Origin: a virus
Taxonomy: Duplodnaviria > Caudoviricetes
Reading direction: 5' to 3' (one strand)
Length of the DNA: 64,000 nucleotides
Virus record (IMG/VR): IMGVR_UViG_3300030104_006170
Shown: positions 1 to 8,435 of the stretch, one piece after another
Position numbering within the stretch: position 1 is the first letter of the stretch
How the letters are laid out: each line of letters begins with the position of its first letter
Position numbers and translations under genes: made by a program
The notes under the pieces: model-generated
Database searches by the model: none
Told to the model about the DNA's origin: nothing
Seen by the model: only the letters and a program-made list of their open reading frames with translations

Positions 1-492
1 TAAATGTTGTTCTACAATTTCTCGACCAATAACTCTATCTGTACCAACCCCACAATAATATTTTCCTTGTGGTTCTGGATATCCTTCTTTAGGAAATCCC
101 AATGGTTTACCATCTTTCATTAATACATACTCTTGTTCGAACCCAAACCACCAACCTTCATGATGTCTATGAAAATCCACATCTTCTAATTCTGCTCTTT
201 CGTTAGTCTTGTGAGACATTCCTTTTTCATTTAATACTTCACATAATGCAAGATAGGAACCTACTCTCTGTGGGTCTGGATAAACCCTTACTGGTCTTAG
301 GATACAATCGGAATTATTGCCAACGGCTTGTTTTGTTGAACTACCGTCAAATGACCATTCTGGTAAATCTTCTGGTTTAGGTGTTGTGATTGTACTATCT
401 AAATCTACAATCTTAGTTTTACTTCTTAGTGTTTGTTCTGGTTGAGTCCCATCTAACCAGATGTATTCAATTTTTGTCTTAATTTTTGTCAT
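1..492 (-). CDS. glnII: Glutamine synthetase type II (GSII), N-terminal part; runs off the window's left edge
   Basis: Not in the ORF track; translated by hand from ATG at 492: MTKIKTKIEYIWLDGTQPEQTLRSKTK...LPEWSFDGSST.QA....SDCILRPV...WFGFEQEY...GYPEPQGKYYCGVG. These are typical GSII beta-grasp and catalytic motifs. Confidence 0.93.
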   Translation of the reverse strand, partial: MTKIKTKIEYIWLDGTQPEQTLRSKTKIVDLDSTITTPKPEDLPEWSFDGSSTKQAVGNNSDCILRPVRVYPDPQRVGSYLALCEVLNEKGMSHKTNERAELEDVDFHRHHEGWWFGFEQEYVLMKDGKPLGFPKEGYPEPQGKYYCGVGTDRVIGREIVEQHL

Positions 493-641
493 TTTTCAAT
501 TTGATTAAATAATTTATCTAGTCTTTGTTGTAATTTTTGCACTTCTTCTTTACTCTTATAGTCGTGCAACTTTAGACTTGTGAGAATTTTTTGTATTTCT
601 CTTATTTCTTTTTGTATATCTTCTTTTGTTTGCTTAGTCAT
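489..641 (-). CDS. Small 50-aa coiled-coil hypothetical protein
   Basis: Below the track cutoff; hand translation MTKQTKEDIQKEIREIQKILTSLKLHDYKSKEEVQKLQQRLDKLFNQIEK*. Its TGA overlaps the glnII ATG (ATGA coupling). Confidence 0.7.
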   Translation of the reverse strand: MTKQTKEDIQKEIREIQKILTSLKLHDYKSKEEVQKLQQRLDKLFNQIEK

Positions 642-644
642 TTT

Positions 645-653
645 ATATTTATA
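645..653 (+). promoter_or_regulatory. ATATTTATA motif (class II, putative late promoter) upstream of the DUF192 gene
   Basis: ATATTTATA-ATAAT-ATG; same motif recurs before many genes in the window. Confidence 0.45.
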
Positions 654-658
654 ATAAT

Positions 659-994
659 ATGAATGTTATTTTAGATAATAAAGTCCTTCCACTAGAGATT
701 ATGTCTACTCCTAATGCTATTAGTACTGGTATGATGGGTAGGGAATTTCTTAATGGTGGAATGCTTTTTATTTTTCCGGAAGTTTCAGAACGTTCTTTCT
801 GGATGAAAGATTGTTTAATGTCTTTAGATATAATCTTTATCATTAATAATAAAGTTACTAAAGTACATAATAATTGTCCACCCTGTTATGAAAATAATTG
901 TGAATCCTATCAAGGCATTGCTGATAAGGTTTTGGAGATACCTTCTGGACAATTTAATGTAAGTGAGGGTGATTTATTAGAATTTACTGATTAG
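659..994 (+). CDS. DUF192 family protein
   Basis: GMMGR...GMLFIF...RSFWMKDCLMSLDIIFI...VLEIPSG pattern typical of DUF192. Confidence 0.85.
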   Translation: MNVILDNKVLPLEIMSTPNAISTGMMGREFLNGGMLFIFPEVSERSFWMKDCLMSLDIIFIINNKVTKVHNNCPPCYENNCESYQGIADKVLEIPSGQFNVSEGDLLEFTD

Positions 995-2429
995 CGTCTA
1001 TATTTTCTTTAATTTTCTTAACCATTTCTTTCTGTACCCATTTTACAAATTCTACATATCTTGTTGGTTTGGCGTCTGCTTTTTTATTGTAAGGTCCTTC
1101 TGGTTGTCTAGTTGCTCTACTAAAGAAATTTAACCCACTAATATTAGTTATACATTTGTGACCGCCACTATTAGCTTGTATAACATCCCAAGCTGGTACA
1201 GTTATCTTATCTAAAACTGCTTTTTGTTTTTCACTCAACTTGTCCCATGGTGTGTCAATTATACTAACCGCCATATCATAGTATTTAGAATCTGTTGATG
1301 GCATATTTTGTAGGTGGTCTTTATAGAGAGCGAATAAGTCTGAAGTTTTAAACCCAATACTTTCTCCTTCTGCTTTTGTCTCCCCTATTCTTTTAATCAC
1401 AGAGACTGGTACTTGGTGTTTTTTAAGTTGTGGTTCCACTTCTTTAAGTACTTCTTGTGCTATATCACCTAAGTTAACACCTTTAAGAGCTCTATCTTTT
1501 TTGAATGGATTACACGAAGCTTGTACAAGTCCCATTGGCCACGCCACCACAAAAAAGTCAGCGTCAGGATAAATTTTGAATGGTGTGTATCTATCATAGG
1601 AACCTGGTTTAAATAATCTACCACCTCCATATTGTACTATTATATTACCATCTAAATTTAGATTATCACTTTCTTGTTGGGATTTTATATATTCTGCTTG
1701 ATTTTGTGCCATTTCTTCTGGTGAAGCAAAACCTTTTTCTTTTGCGTATGAGGTTATGTTTTGGTAGATATTCATCAAGGATGGTGAAGAATTCATAACT
1801 AGATGTTCTAGGAATCCTGGTTTATTTTTATAAGCTAATAATAATTTATTAGTTAAAAGACCTAACATCCATCTTTTTTCGTAAGTCTGGTCACCAGATT
1901 CAAAATCTCTAATTAGATTCATTACTTGTTCTGGTTCAATATCGTGTTTTGCATAATCCGCAGAATCTACAGTATTAATCATCATTATATCTTCATCCGT
2001 AAAAATATCACTAGGACTTATAGTTTGTGAAATAGTTTCTACGTTTGACCTTGCTCCTCTAAATTGTGTTGCGGTATCATCTTCTACCCCTGCTTGTGAA
2101 TCGTGGTGGTCTGTATGGATTTTAAATATTGGTTTCCCGTGTGCAAAATCTACTAATACTGGCATTACATCTTCACTAGCTTGTGGTTTTTTTACTGAAA
2201 ATTCTTTGTCACCATATTGTATTACATGGGTGTCGATAACTTCTATACCATATTTTTCTAAGTAGTTCTTCATCCCTAAAGCGGATACCACCCCATCTAA
2301 ATCCTGGTGAAAATATATTTCTGCCTTTGGGTATCTTTGAGCTAACTTATTAATGTCTCTAATCCCACCTTCATTTATAAGTGACTCATTAATAAGTTCT
2401 AATTGTTTTGCTGTTATCTCGATTTTCAT
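984..2429 (-). CDS. DHH/DHHA1-like phosphoesterase with N-terminal MKIEIT leader
   Basis: Motifs HQDLDG, VDF, HTDHHDS and a C-terminal SGGHK. Start moved from 2495 to 2429 because 2495 overlaps the upstream gene and ATATTTATA lies 4 nt before 2429. Confidence 0.72.
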   Translation of the reverse strand: MKIEITAKQLELINESLINEGGIRDINKLAQRYPKAEIYFHQDLDGVVSALGMKNYLEKYGIEVIDTHVIQYGDKEFSVKKPQASEDVMPVLVDFAHGKPIFKIHTDHHDSQAGVEDDTATQFRGARSNVETISQTISPSDIFTDEDIMMINTVDSADYAKHDIEPEQVMNLIRDFESGDQTYEKRWMLGLLTNKLLLAYKNKPGFLEHLVMNSSPSLMNIYQNITSYAKEKGFASPEEMAQNQAEYIKSQQESDNLNLDGNIIVQYGGGRLFKPGSYDRYTPFKIYPDADFFVVAWPMGLVQASCNPFKKDRALKGVNLGDIAQEVLKEVEPQLKKHQVPVSVIKRIGETKAEGESIGFKTSDLFALYKDHLQNMPSTDSKYYDMAVSIIDTPWDKLSEKQKAVLDKITVPAWDVIQANSGGHKCITNISGLNFFSRATRQPEGPYNKKADAKPTRYVEFVKWVQKEMVKKIKENIDANQ

Positions 2430-2433
2430 ATTA

Positions 2434-2442
2434 TATAAATAT
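2434..2442 (-). promoter_or_regulatory. ATATTTATA motif (class II) upstream of the DHH gene
   Basis: ATATTTATA-TAAT-ATG on the minus strand. Confidence 0.5.
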
Positions 2443-2454
2443 CTACTTATTTGA

Positions 2455-3240
2455 TTAACACGGATGTCTTTTATCCCACCAAAATATATGGTCACCTATT
2501 TTCTTAGCTGACTTTTTATTGTTATTGTAAGATTTAGCGATAGTTCTAGTACTACCTGTACTTAAATCTACTATACTAGGGTTAACGTAGTGATTAACTT
2601 TAATAACATCCCCATCACCAAAGCCTTCAACTATTTTTAACATTTTATCAAAACCTTTTACTTTTTGGTTAGTTATCCTATTGTGTAACTCCTCAAACTT
2701 ACCTTCATTATCTAATCTATTAAAGTAGTTCCAAGTAGAGTATTGTTTTCCTTTTAATACAGAGTCTTTCATACTATATCCGCATTTATCTGCTCGGTTT
2801 TTTATTGTGGATAGTATCGCATTTAGTTCTTTTGTTCCAGCTCTCTGATTTTCACCAACTAAAGTAGAAGCTAAAATATAATCTTCATCATCTTTAGGAA
2901 TGTTTACATAAAGTCCTAATTTTTTTAAACCGTTAGGTCCTAATGGAATATTGTTATTTATTTGTTTACATAAATCTATGTTTAATTTAGTAGATAATGC
3001 TTTCAACATGTCTTTACCATAATAACCATCTCTACTTATACCTAATTTTTTTTGAATAACGTATATTGGGTGTGTTTTATCTAAATCATAATCACCATAA
3101 TTTAATATACTACCATTTCTTACCATGTCATAAAAAGAGACATCTACCTCGTTAAATTCTGTTTCTCCAGTAGGTACACAACTAACACCAACTTGTTCTA
3201 CAAGTTTAGTATATTGGTTTTCTGTGATTATTATACGCAT
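2455..3240 (-). CDS. Cell wall hydrolase (SleB/Hydrolase_2-like) with a peptidoglycan-binding segment and MRIIITENQY leader
   Basis: VIQKKLGISRDGYYG (PG-binding-like), then LASTLVGE...AILSTIKNR...SVLKGKQYSTWN...HYVNP...KIGDHIFW (SleB pattern). Start at 3240 rather than 3270. Confidence 0.8.
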   Translation of the reverse strand: MRIIITENQYTKLVEQVGVSCVPTGETEFNEVDVSFYDMVRNGSILNYGDYDLDKTHPIYVIQKKLGISRDGYYGKDMLKALSTKLNIDLCKQINNNIPLGPNGLKKLGLYVNIPKDDEDYILASTLVGENQRAGTKELNAILSTIKNRADKCGYSMKDSVLKGKQYSTWNYFNRLDNEGKFEELHNRITNQKVKGFDKMLKIVEGFGDGDVIKVNHYVNPSIVDLSTGSTRTIAKSYNNNKKSAKKIGDHIFWWDKRHPC

Positions 3241-3244
3241 AAAA

Positions 3245-3279
3245 AAGTCGTTTACAATAAATATAATCATAAACGACTT
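3245..3279 (-). terminator. Stem-loop followed by a T-run; intrinsic terminator or translational-repression hairpin with a class II motif in its loop
   Basis: Perfect 10-bp inverted repeat AAGTCGTTTA / TAAACGACTT around a 15-nt loop TGATTATATTTATTG; the 3' arm ends in a 6-T run that leads directly into the hydrolase ATG. Confidence 0.75.
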
Positions 3280-3303
3280 ACTCTATAAATAAACTCTAGT
3301 TAT

Positions 3304-4200
3304 TTACATACAACTAAAATACCTTTCTCCTCTATCACATAATATCGTTATAGCTTCTGTTTTGTCATTATCTCTTAACCACTGGAATGACGCAAATACA
3401 TTTGCTGCTGCACTTATCCCAACAAATAATCCATAATTTTTAGCTAAGTGTCTAGCACATGCTTTAGCACATTCTGTACTTACTATTCTTACTTCTGAAA
3501 CCACATCTAAATTTACTAAAAATTTACTTCCATCCCCAATACCTTGTATTCCATGTAACCCAGGTTCAAAACCCGACATTACCGCACTTTCTGCTGGTTC
3601 AATAGCTACTGATTTTATTTTAGGCCACATTTCTTTTAAAAATTTATCAGTACCCATTAAAGTACCACCTGTTCCGGTTCCAGCTACAAAAACTGCTGGT
3701 GATGATTTTTCACCTTTAATTTCTTTGTATTGATTGTAGAACTCGGGACCTGTAGTTTGGTAGTGTGCTTGGACATTTAGGGGGTTGGCGAACTGATTAC
3801 AGTTAAACCATTCGTTAACGTAACATAGTTCATCTCTCATCCTAATAGCTTCATCGAAGTCTCCTTCAGGTGCCTCAATTAATTCTGCCCCATAATACTC
3901 AAACATTTTTTTTCTTTCTTCAGACATGTTAGATGGCATTATTATCACCATCTTATACCCTCTTTCTGCTGCTAACATAGCAAATGCTATACCACTATTA
4001 CCACTAGTAGCTTCACACATAGTGTCTCCCGGAGTTAAAAGACCATTTTTTTCTGCATTGTTAATTATAAAAGTTGCCATCCTATCTTTTACTGAACCCG
4101 ATGGGTTCATAAACTCAGCTTTACCCCATACTGTGTATTTACCTATTTTTATAGGGATTAATGGTGTGTTGCCAGTGTAATTAGATAGTCTTTGTTTCAT
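3304..4200 (-). CDS. cysK: Cysteine synthase (O-acetylserine sulfhydrylase, PLP-dependent)
   Basis: GNTPL, KAEFMNPSGSVKDR (PLP lysine), EATSGNSGIA, GTGTGGT, HGIQGIG, LCDRGERYFS. Confidence 0.95.
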   Translation of the reverse strand: MKQRLSNYTGNTPLIPIKIGKYTVWGKAEFMNPSGSVKDRMATFIINNAEKNGLLTPGDTMCEATSGNSGIAFAMLAAERGYKMVIIMPSNMSEERKKMFEYYGAELIEAPEGDFDEAIRMRDELCYVNEWFNCNQFANPLNVQAHYQTTGPEFYNQYKEIKGEKSSPAVFVAGTGTGGTLMGTDKFLKEMWPKIKSVAIEPAESAVMSGFEPGLHGIQGIGDGSKFLVNLDVVSEVRIVSTECAKACARHLAKNYGLFVGISAAANVFASFQWLRDNDKTEAITILCDRGERYFSCM

Positions 4201-4628
4201 TAGTCTTCTATTTCTACGTTAAATTTGTCTCCTTGTTGTATTTTTTCAATTGTGTCTAACCCCTCAATAATTTTACCGAAACATGTGTGATTTCTATCTA
4301 AGTGTTGAGTTGCGTTTCTTGTATGTACAATAAAAAATTGTGACCCACCTGTATTTCTACCAGCGTGTGCCATAGATAGTACCCCTCTATCATGAAATTG
4401 GTTTTCTCCATCTAGTTCACAATCAATTTTATAACCTGGTCCACCATCTCCTCTTCCGTTAGGACAACCTCCTTGTGCTACGAATCCTGGAATAACTCGA
4501 TGAAAATTAAGGTCTTTATAAAAACCTTCTTTTGCTAGCTTAACAAAATTGTTTACTGTGTTTGGTGCGTCTTTTTCGTAAAACTCTACCACCATAGTTC
4601 CTTTATCTGTATTAATTTTACCTTTCAT
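4200..4628 (-). CDS. ppiB: Cyclophilin-type peptidyl-prolyl cis-trans isomerase
   Basis: APNTVNNF, FHRVIPGFVAQGG, GVLSMAHAGRNTGGSQFFI, HLDRNHTCFGK. Confidence 0.93.
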   Translation of the reverse strand: MKGKINTDKGTMVVEFYEKDAPNTVNNFVKLAKEGFYKDLNFHRVIPGFVAQGGCPNGRGDGGPGYKIDCELDGENQFHDRGVLSMAHAGRNTGGSQFFIVHTRNATQHLDRNHTCFGKIIEGLDTIEKIQQGDKFNVEIED

Positions 4629-4882
4629 TTTTTTAATTTATTAATTTCTCTGTTTATATACCAACTTGCTTTTTCCAAGTCTTCCAATGTATTAATTTTT
4701 TTACCTGCCCTAGAAATATACTTTACTGTATTACCTAAGTTAAATCCTAAGTCCCACGCTTCAATAACTTTAATAGCTTCATATGGGTTATCTTTACCAC
4801 CGTAGTGATTTGGGTGATTTACCTTTTCTGATTGTTTACGATTAAATTCTATTATTTCTTCGTTTGTAGGGTACTTAGTCAT
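4625..4882 (-). CDS. DUF3310 domain protein (SaV-like)
   Basis: VNHPNHY...EAIKVIE...FNLGNTVKYISRAGKK...LEDLEKASWYI. Confidence 0.88.
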   Translation of the reverse strand: MTKYPTNEEIIEFNRKQSEKVNHPNHYGGKDNPYEAIKVIEAWDLGFNLGNTVKYISRAGKKINTLEDLEKASWYINREINKLKK

Positions 4883-5213
4883 TTTTATCTTTTTTTATAT
4901 AATCTTTTACTTTTGTGTATTGAGAATTACTTAATAATGTAGTTTCATATCTTTTATAGATGTAATTTTTAAGTTCTTCAATATCTTTAAACTCGCTCTC
5001 ACAAACACTTACTATTTTAATATCGGTGTCTTCTTCGTCGGGAAAAAGTAATACCTCATAACCACTCTTATCACTTAAATCTAAAGCAAATTTTTCTAAA
5101 TCTCCTATTCTTAGTGTAGTTGGTTTGGATAGTTTTACCACCATTAGTGGTCTATATTTTTCTAATAGTAATTCGTTCGCTATTCTTTCAGTATTTGTAA
5201 TATCTTTAGACAT
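4875..5213 (-). CDS. Hypothetical protein
   Basis: 112-aa ORF tiling the operon, with a class I promoter directly upstream. Confidence 0.75.
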   Translation of the reverse strand: MSKDITNTERIANELLLEKYRPLMVVKLSKPTTLRIGDLEKFALDLSDKSGYEVLLFPDEEDTDIKIVSVCESEFKDIEELKNYIYKRYETTLLSNSQYTKVKDYIKKDKND

Positions 5214-5247
5214 AGTAAAATTTAAACAAAGTTAAAAATATAGTCAA
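5214..5247 (-). promoter_or_regulatory. Class I promoter TTGACT-N17-TAAATT-N5-ATG
   Basis: Read directly. A TAACTTTG (Bacteroidota -7-like) box also lies inside the spacer at 5227-5234. Confidence 0.55.
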
Positions 5248-5263
5248 TATGTACTGGGTGATT

Positions 5264-5587
5264 TTAATTAAGACAAAAAGGTGGGAAACCGTCTTTAATA
5301 TTTACGAATAATTTTTCTATTTCTTGTTGACGTTTTACAAATTCACCCACATTTATTTCTTGGGTTATATCTTGTATTGCTAAATCAGTAACTATTTCTA
5401 ACATTTCTGTAGAACTTAACATAGGGTCACCATTCTTTTTAAAGTTAATGGTCGCTTTTTTAGCGACCATTTTATAAAACTCATCAATATCTATCTTACC
5501 ATAACCAAACATATCTCTAAATGCTTCTTTATCAGTTTTAAAGAACTCTTTAAGTTTTTGTAAATAGATTTGTATATCAACTTCCAT
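5264..5587 (-). CDS. Hypothetical protein
   Basis: Tiling ORF. The second Met (MEVDIQ) is preferred because the first ATG overlaps a TATTTAT motif. Confidence 0.75.
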   Translation of the reverse strand: MEVDIQIYLQKLKEFFKTDKEAFRDMFGYGKIDIDEFYKMVAKKATINFKKNGDPMLSSTEMLEIVTDLAIQDITQEINVGEFVKRQQEIEKLFVNIKDGFPPFCLN

Positions 5588-5598
5588 ATACATAAATA

Positions 5599-5883
5599 CT
5601 AAACCAAGTTGTATTTTTTAACTATTCTTTTGTCTATGTTTGTTGTTTTACCCTCTTTTTTAAGTATATCATAGATTTTTTGTGCAGCGACCTTTATATC
5701 TTTCATCCCTCCCTCTACCTTACTTTTAGTCTTGTAAATCATAACTTCTACATTACCTGGAGTTTTTACTATTTTACCACCTATTCTCTTCGAGGTTTCT
5801 CTTGTAATTTTTTGTCTAACCTCATAGTTCACCATCTTGCAGATGTGGTGACCTCTTTTTTCCATTGTTGTACTTCCACCCAT
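5599..5883 (-). CDS. Hypothetical basic protein
   Basis: 94-aa tiling ORF; no recognised domain. Confidence 0.75.
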   Translation of the reverse strand: MGGSTTMEKRGHHICKMVNYEVRQKITRETSKRIGGKIVKTPGNVEVMIYKTKSKVEGGMKDIKVAAQKIYDILKKEGKTTNIDKRIVKKYNLV

Positions 5884-5896
5884 TTTATTTTATTTT

Positions 5897-6145
5897 TTAA
5901 AAATTAATACTCATCCATTGTAAATTACCACTATAAGTAATTGTCTTATCAAACATACTAGATTGGTACACACTTTTTAGATTTTCAGCTTCTTTTATTT
6001 TACCAAAAAGTTTTAGGTCATCATACCTAAAATTATTTTTCATAAATAATTCTAATTGTTTACCGGATAAAAGAAGGTGTATATTTCTTTCTACCCAGTC
6101 TTGGAAATCTATTGTATCCCAGTTTGATGCGTTTCTTTCTTTCAT
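5897..6145 (-). CDS. Hypothetical protein
   Basis: 82-aa tiling ORF preceded by TATATTTG-TAGT-ATG. Confidence 0.7.
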   Translation of the reverse strand: MKERNASNWDTIDFQDWVERNIHLLLSGKQLELFMKNNFRYDDLKLFGKIKEAENLKSVYQSSMFDKTITYSGNLQWMSINF

Positions 6146-6157
6146 ACTACAAATATA
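6146..6157 (-). promoter_or_regulatory. Bacteroidota-type -7 box TATATTTG, 4 nt before ATG
   Basis: Exact match to the TAnnTTTG consensus at 6150-6157; no good TTG upstream element. Confidence 0.5.
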
Positions 6158-6181
6158 CGACTTTTTTATTATTTTATTGTA

Positions 6182-6742
6182 TTATTTTGGAAAAACTTTT
6201 ATTTCTTTTGTTGTACTTACTAAATCACCCCACACACTATCTTTTTTATACCGAGTAGCTCTAACTTTATGGTTGTCTATGTAATGATACTCTGTAACGT
6301 CTTCGTGGATTCTTGGTTTACCAAAAATTATATAATGCCATCTTACTTCATTGTCTCTTAACCATTGTTCAGTAATTTCTCTATGTTCTTCTTTTCTCGA
6401 TGTAAAAAATGTAATTATATTACCTTCTTCATACCATTTATTAATTGTTTCTATCGAATTATGATACGGTTTTGCTGTAGACATTCTTTCAAATTGTTCG
6501 TTTGGAATGTCGTCACAAATAGTCCCGTCAATATCTATAATATAATTAACTTTATTAACTTGTTTTCTAATTTGTCTGTACCCAACCATTTTTTTCTCCA
6601 AGTATTCATCTATATCATATCTATATTCACCACATGAAGAATATAGACATTTTTTTTGGATTACTGTTTTTTTATCTTCTGTTAAATAAACTTCGGTTAT
6701 ACTATTTGCGTAATGTTGTGTGTAAATTAATATTTCTTCCAT
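6182..6742 (-). CDS. HAD-superfamily phosphatase (Bacteroidota 'phosphoheptose isomerase'-like family) with N-terminal extension
   Basis: NYIIDIDGTICDD (DxD motif I), FFTSR (motif II), FGKPR (motif III), IDNH. Confidence 0.8.
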   Translation of the reverse strand: MEEILIYTQHYANSITEVYLTEDKKTVIQKKCLYSSCGEYRYDIDEYLEKKMVGYRQIRKQVNKVNYIIDIDGTICDDIPNEQFERMSTAKPYHNSIETINKWYEEGNIITFFTSRKEEHREITEQWLRDNEVRWHYIIFGKPRIHEDVTEYHYIDNHKVRATRYKKDSVWGDLVSTTKEIKVFPK

Positions 6743-6743
6743 T

Positions 6744-6938
6744 TTATTTCTTTTTATCTATTTTTTTAATTATTGTTTTTTCCATTGCTATTATAACTCT
6801 TTCTAGTTTTAATATTTGATTCTCTAGTTGGATTATTTGTTCTCTTTTTTCTCTTCCTACCTTTGCCTCCCAAATTAACCATCCGAAGGCTACTACTTCT
6901 AAAATAAATAATGCTATTAATAATGTTGTGTCGTTCAT
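6744..6938 (-). CDS. Small membrane protein with coiled-coil tail
   Basis: N-terminal hydrophobic helix LLIALFILEVVAFGWLIW followed by heptad repeats. Confidence 0.7.
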   Translation of the reverse strand: MNDTTLLIALFILEVVAFGWLIWEAKVGREKREQIIQLENQILKLERVIIAMEKTIIKKIDKKK

Positions 6939-6939
6939 C

Positions 6940-8115
6940 TTATCTCCCTACTTCTTTTATATATTTTTCTTTTGTTTCTTCCCAGGATAAGTCAATCACA
7001 TCCCAGTAAAATAATTGTTCTTCTTTAATTCTATTTTGTTTCCAAATATTTTCATACCTACGAATAGCTTTAGGTTTCCACCATTTTTCAGTATAAGGAA
7101 TATCTTCTTTAAATTTCTTTTTTAAGATTAAGTCTTTTTCTTCTATTTCACCCCTTAAGAACTCACAACCATTATCATACATCATTGCAAGATAGACCCC
7201 CCTCTTAAACCCGTGGTCATAATCCGAACCCTTTATACCACAATGTTTAAAAACCTTGTTAAGGATGTTCTGTTTAGGTCCTGTAGCACTTATAGCTTTC
7301 TTATGTTCTTCTGGGTGGTTATCTTTCAACCATTTGTTCCAAGGTAGGTAAGCACTATCATCTGGTTTTAATCTAACCTTACCAGATGTTTCACCCATTG
7401 TTTTAAAATGTGGCATTCCATTATACATTGAATTTATTCCATACAGAGACGTTGTTCCCACAGCGATTAGTTTATCACCGTATTTTTCTTCCCAAGCATC
7501 TCTAATTGTTTTACAGGTTGTTAATGCGGCTACTAATTTACCCATTAACATATTATACCCACCTGGTTGGGTGGAACAGATAGTTGTTGCTATAGCTGTA
7601 TTGTTTAGTTTGTGTTGGTCAAACTTGTTGGTTTTATCCCAACCTATGTAGGCATCTCTAACTTTAATACTAGTAACATCAGACCCTAAACAAATCAAAC
7701 CAAGGACTTTGTTAGTTTTCCTATCTCTTACCCAGAATTTCATATTACGTCCAGGATTTGCAACCCATTCCATTGTATGGATAAGTTTACGGTAGTTTAC
7801 CCATTCGGTAACACCTTTTCCTGGTGTTGCCATTTCAACATAAGGTTCTAAGTTTTCAATTTCTGTTATTGTTTGTAATGTGTCTATTAAAAAAGTTGGT
7901 TTCCATAAATTTTCTTTATATGAATATAACTTCTTTTTTATTTTTGACATTTTACCACCCTTATTCATTTCTTGCCACTTTTTATAAAGTGTTTGTTCTT
8001 CTACAGACATTTCTTTAAGCATATCAAGATTGTCTATTAAGTTTTGTTTTTGACCTTCAAAGTCAAAAATCTCTTCATTTTCTATAATATCAAATATTGT
8101 TGTTTGTTCTCCCAT
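6940..8115 (-). CDS. DruA-like (DUF4338) protein
   Basis: PGRNMKFWVRD...LGLICLGSD...RDAYIGW...QPGGYNMLMGKLVA...WEEKYGD..IAVGTTSLYG..SMYNG pattern of DUF4338/DruA. Confidence 0.78.
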   Translation of the reverse strand: MGEQTTIFDIIENEEIFDFEGQKQNLIDNLDMLKEMSVEEQTLYKKWQEMNKGGKMSKIKKKLYSYKENLWKPTFLIDTLQTITEIENLEPYVEMATPGKGVTEWVNYRKLIHTMEWVANPGRNMKFWVRDRKTNKVLGLICLGSDVTSIKVRDAYIGWDKTNKFDQHKLNNTAIATTICSTQPGGYNMLMGKLVAALTTCKTIRDAWEEKYGDKLIAVGTTSLYGINSMYNGMPHFKTMGETSGKVRLKPDDSAYLPWNKWLKDNHPEEHKKAISATGPKQNILNKVFKHCGIKGSDYDHGFKRGVYLAMMYDNGCEFLRGEIEEKDLILKKKFKEDIPYTEKWWKPKAIRRYENIWKQNRIKEEQLFYWDVIDLSWEETKEKYIKEVGR

Positions 8116-8150
8116 GGTTTAATAATAAGATATTTTGTTGGTGTTTTCAA
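8116..8150 (-). promoter_or_regulatory. Class I promoter TTGAAA-N17-TATTAT-N6-ATG
   Basis: Read directly; the TTG starts exactly 35 nt before the ATG. Confidence 0.6.
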
Positions 8151-8198
8151 GTTTTATTTACTTGTTAAATCTTAATATTTATGTTTAAAGAAAAACAA

Positions 8199-8435
8199 AT
8201 GGCTTGTAAAAATTGTAAAGAAAAAACTTCTAAATATTTAAAACAGTTAAATAATATGGGTGCAAATGTTAATTTTGACACCGAAGCTAGAAAAAAACAA
8301 ATCTTAGAGAAGACTTGGGACTCGTCAATGGGTAAACTTAGGATGTGGGAACGTTTGGTGATAATTCTATTTGCTTGGATTCCTTTGATAATTGGTTACT
8401 TCACTATAATTAGATTTATAGTTTCATTATTCTAA
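8199..8435 (+). CDS. Small membrane protein with N-terminal CxxC (MACKNC)
   Basis: C-terminal hydrophobic helix. Start at 8199 preferred because the ATG at 8181 overlaps the ATATTTAT motif (8175-8182). Confidence 0.7.
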   Translation: MACKNCKEKTSKYLKQLNNMGANVNFDTEARKKQILEKTWDSSMGKLRMWERLVIILFAWIPLIIGYFTIIRFIVSLF

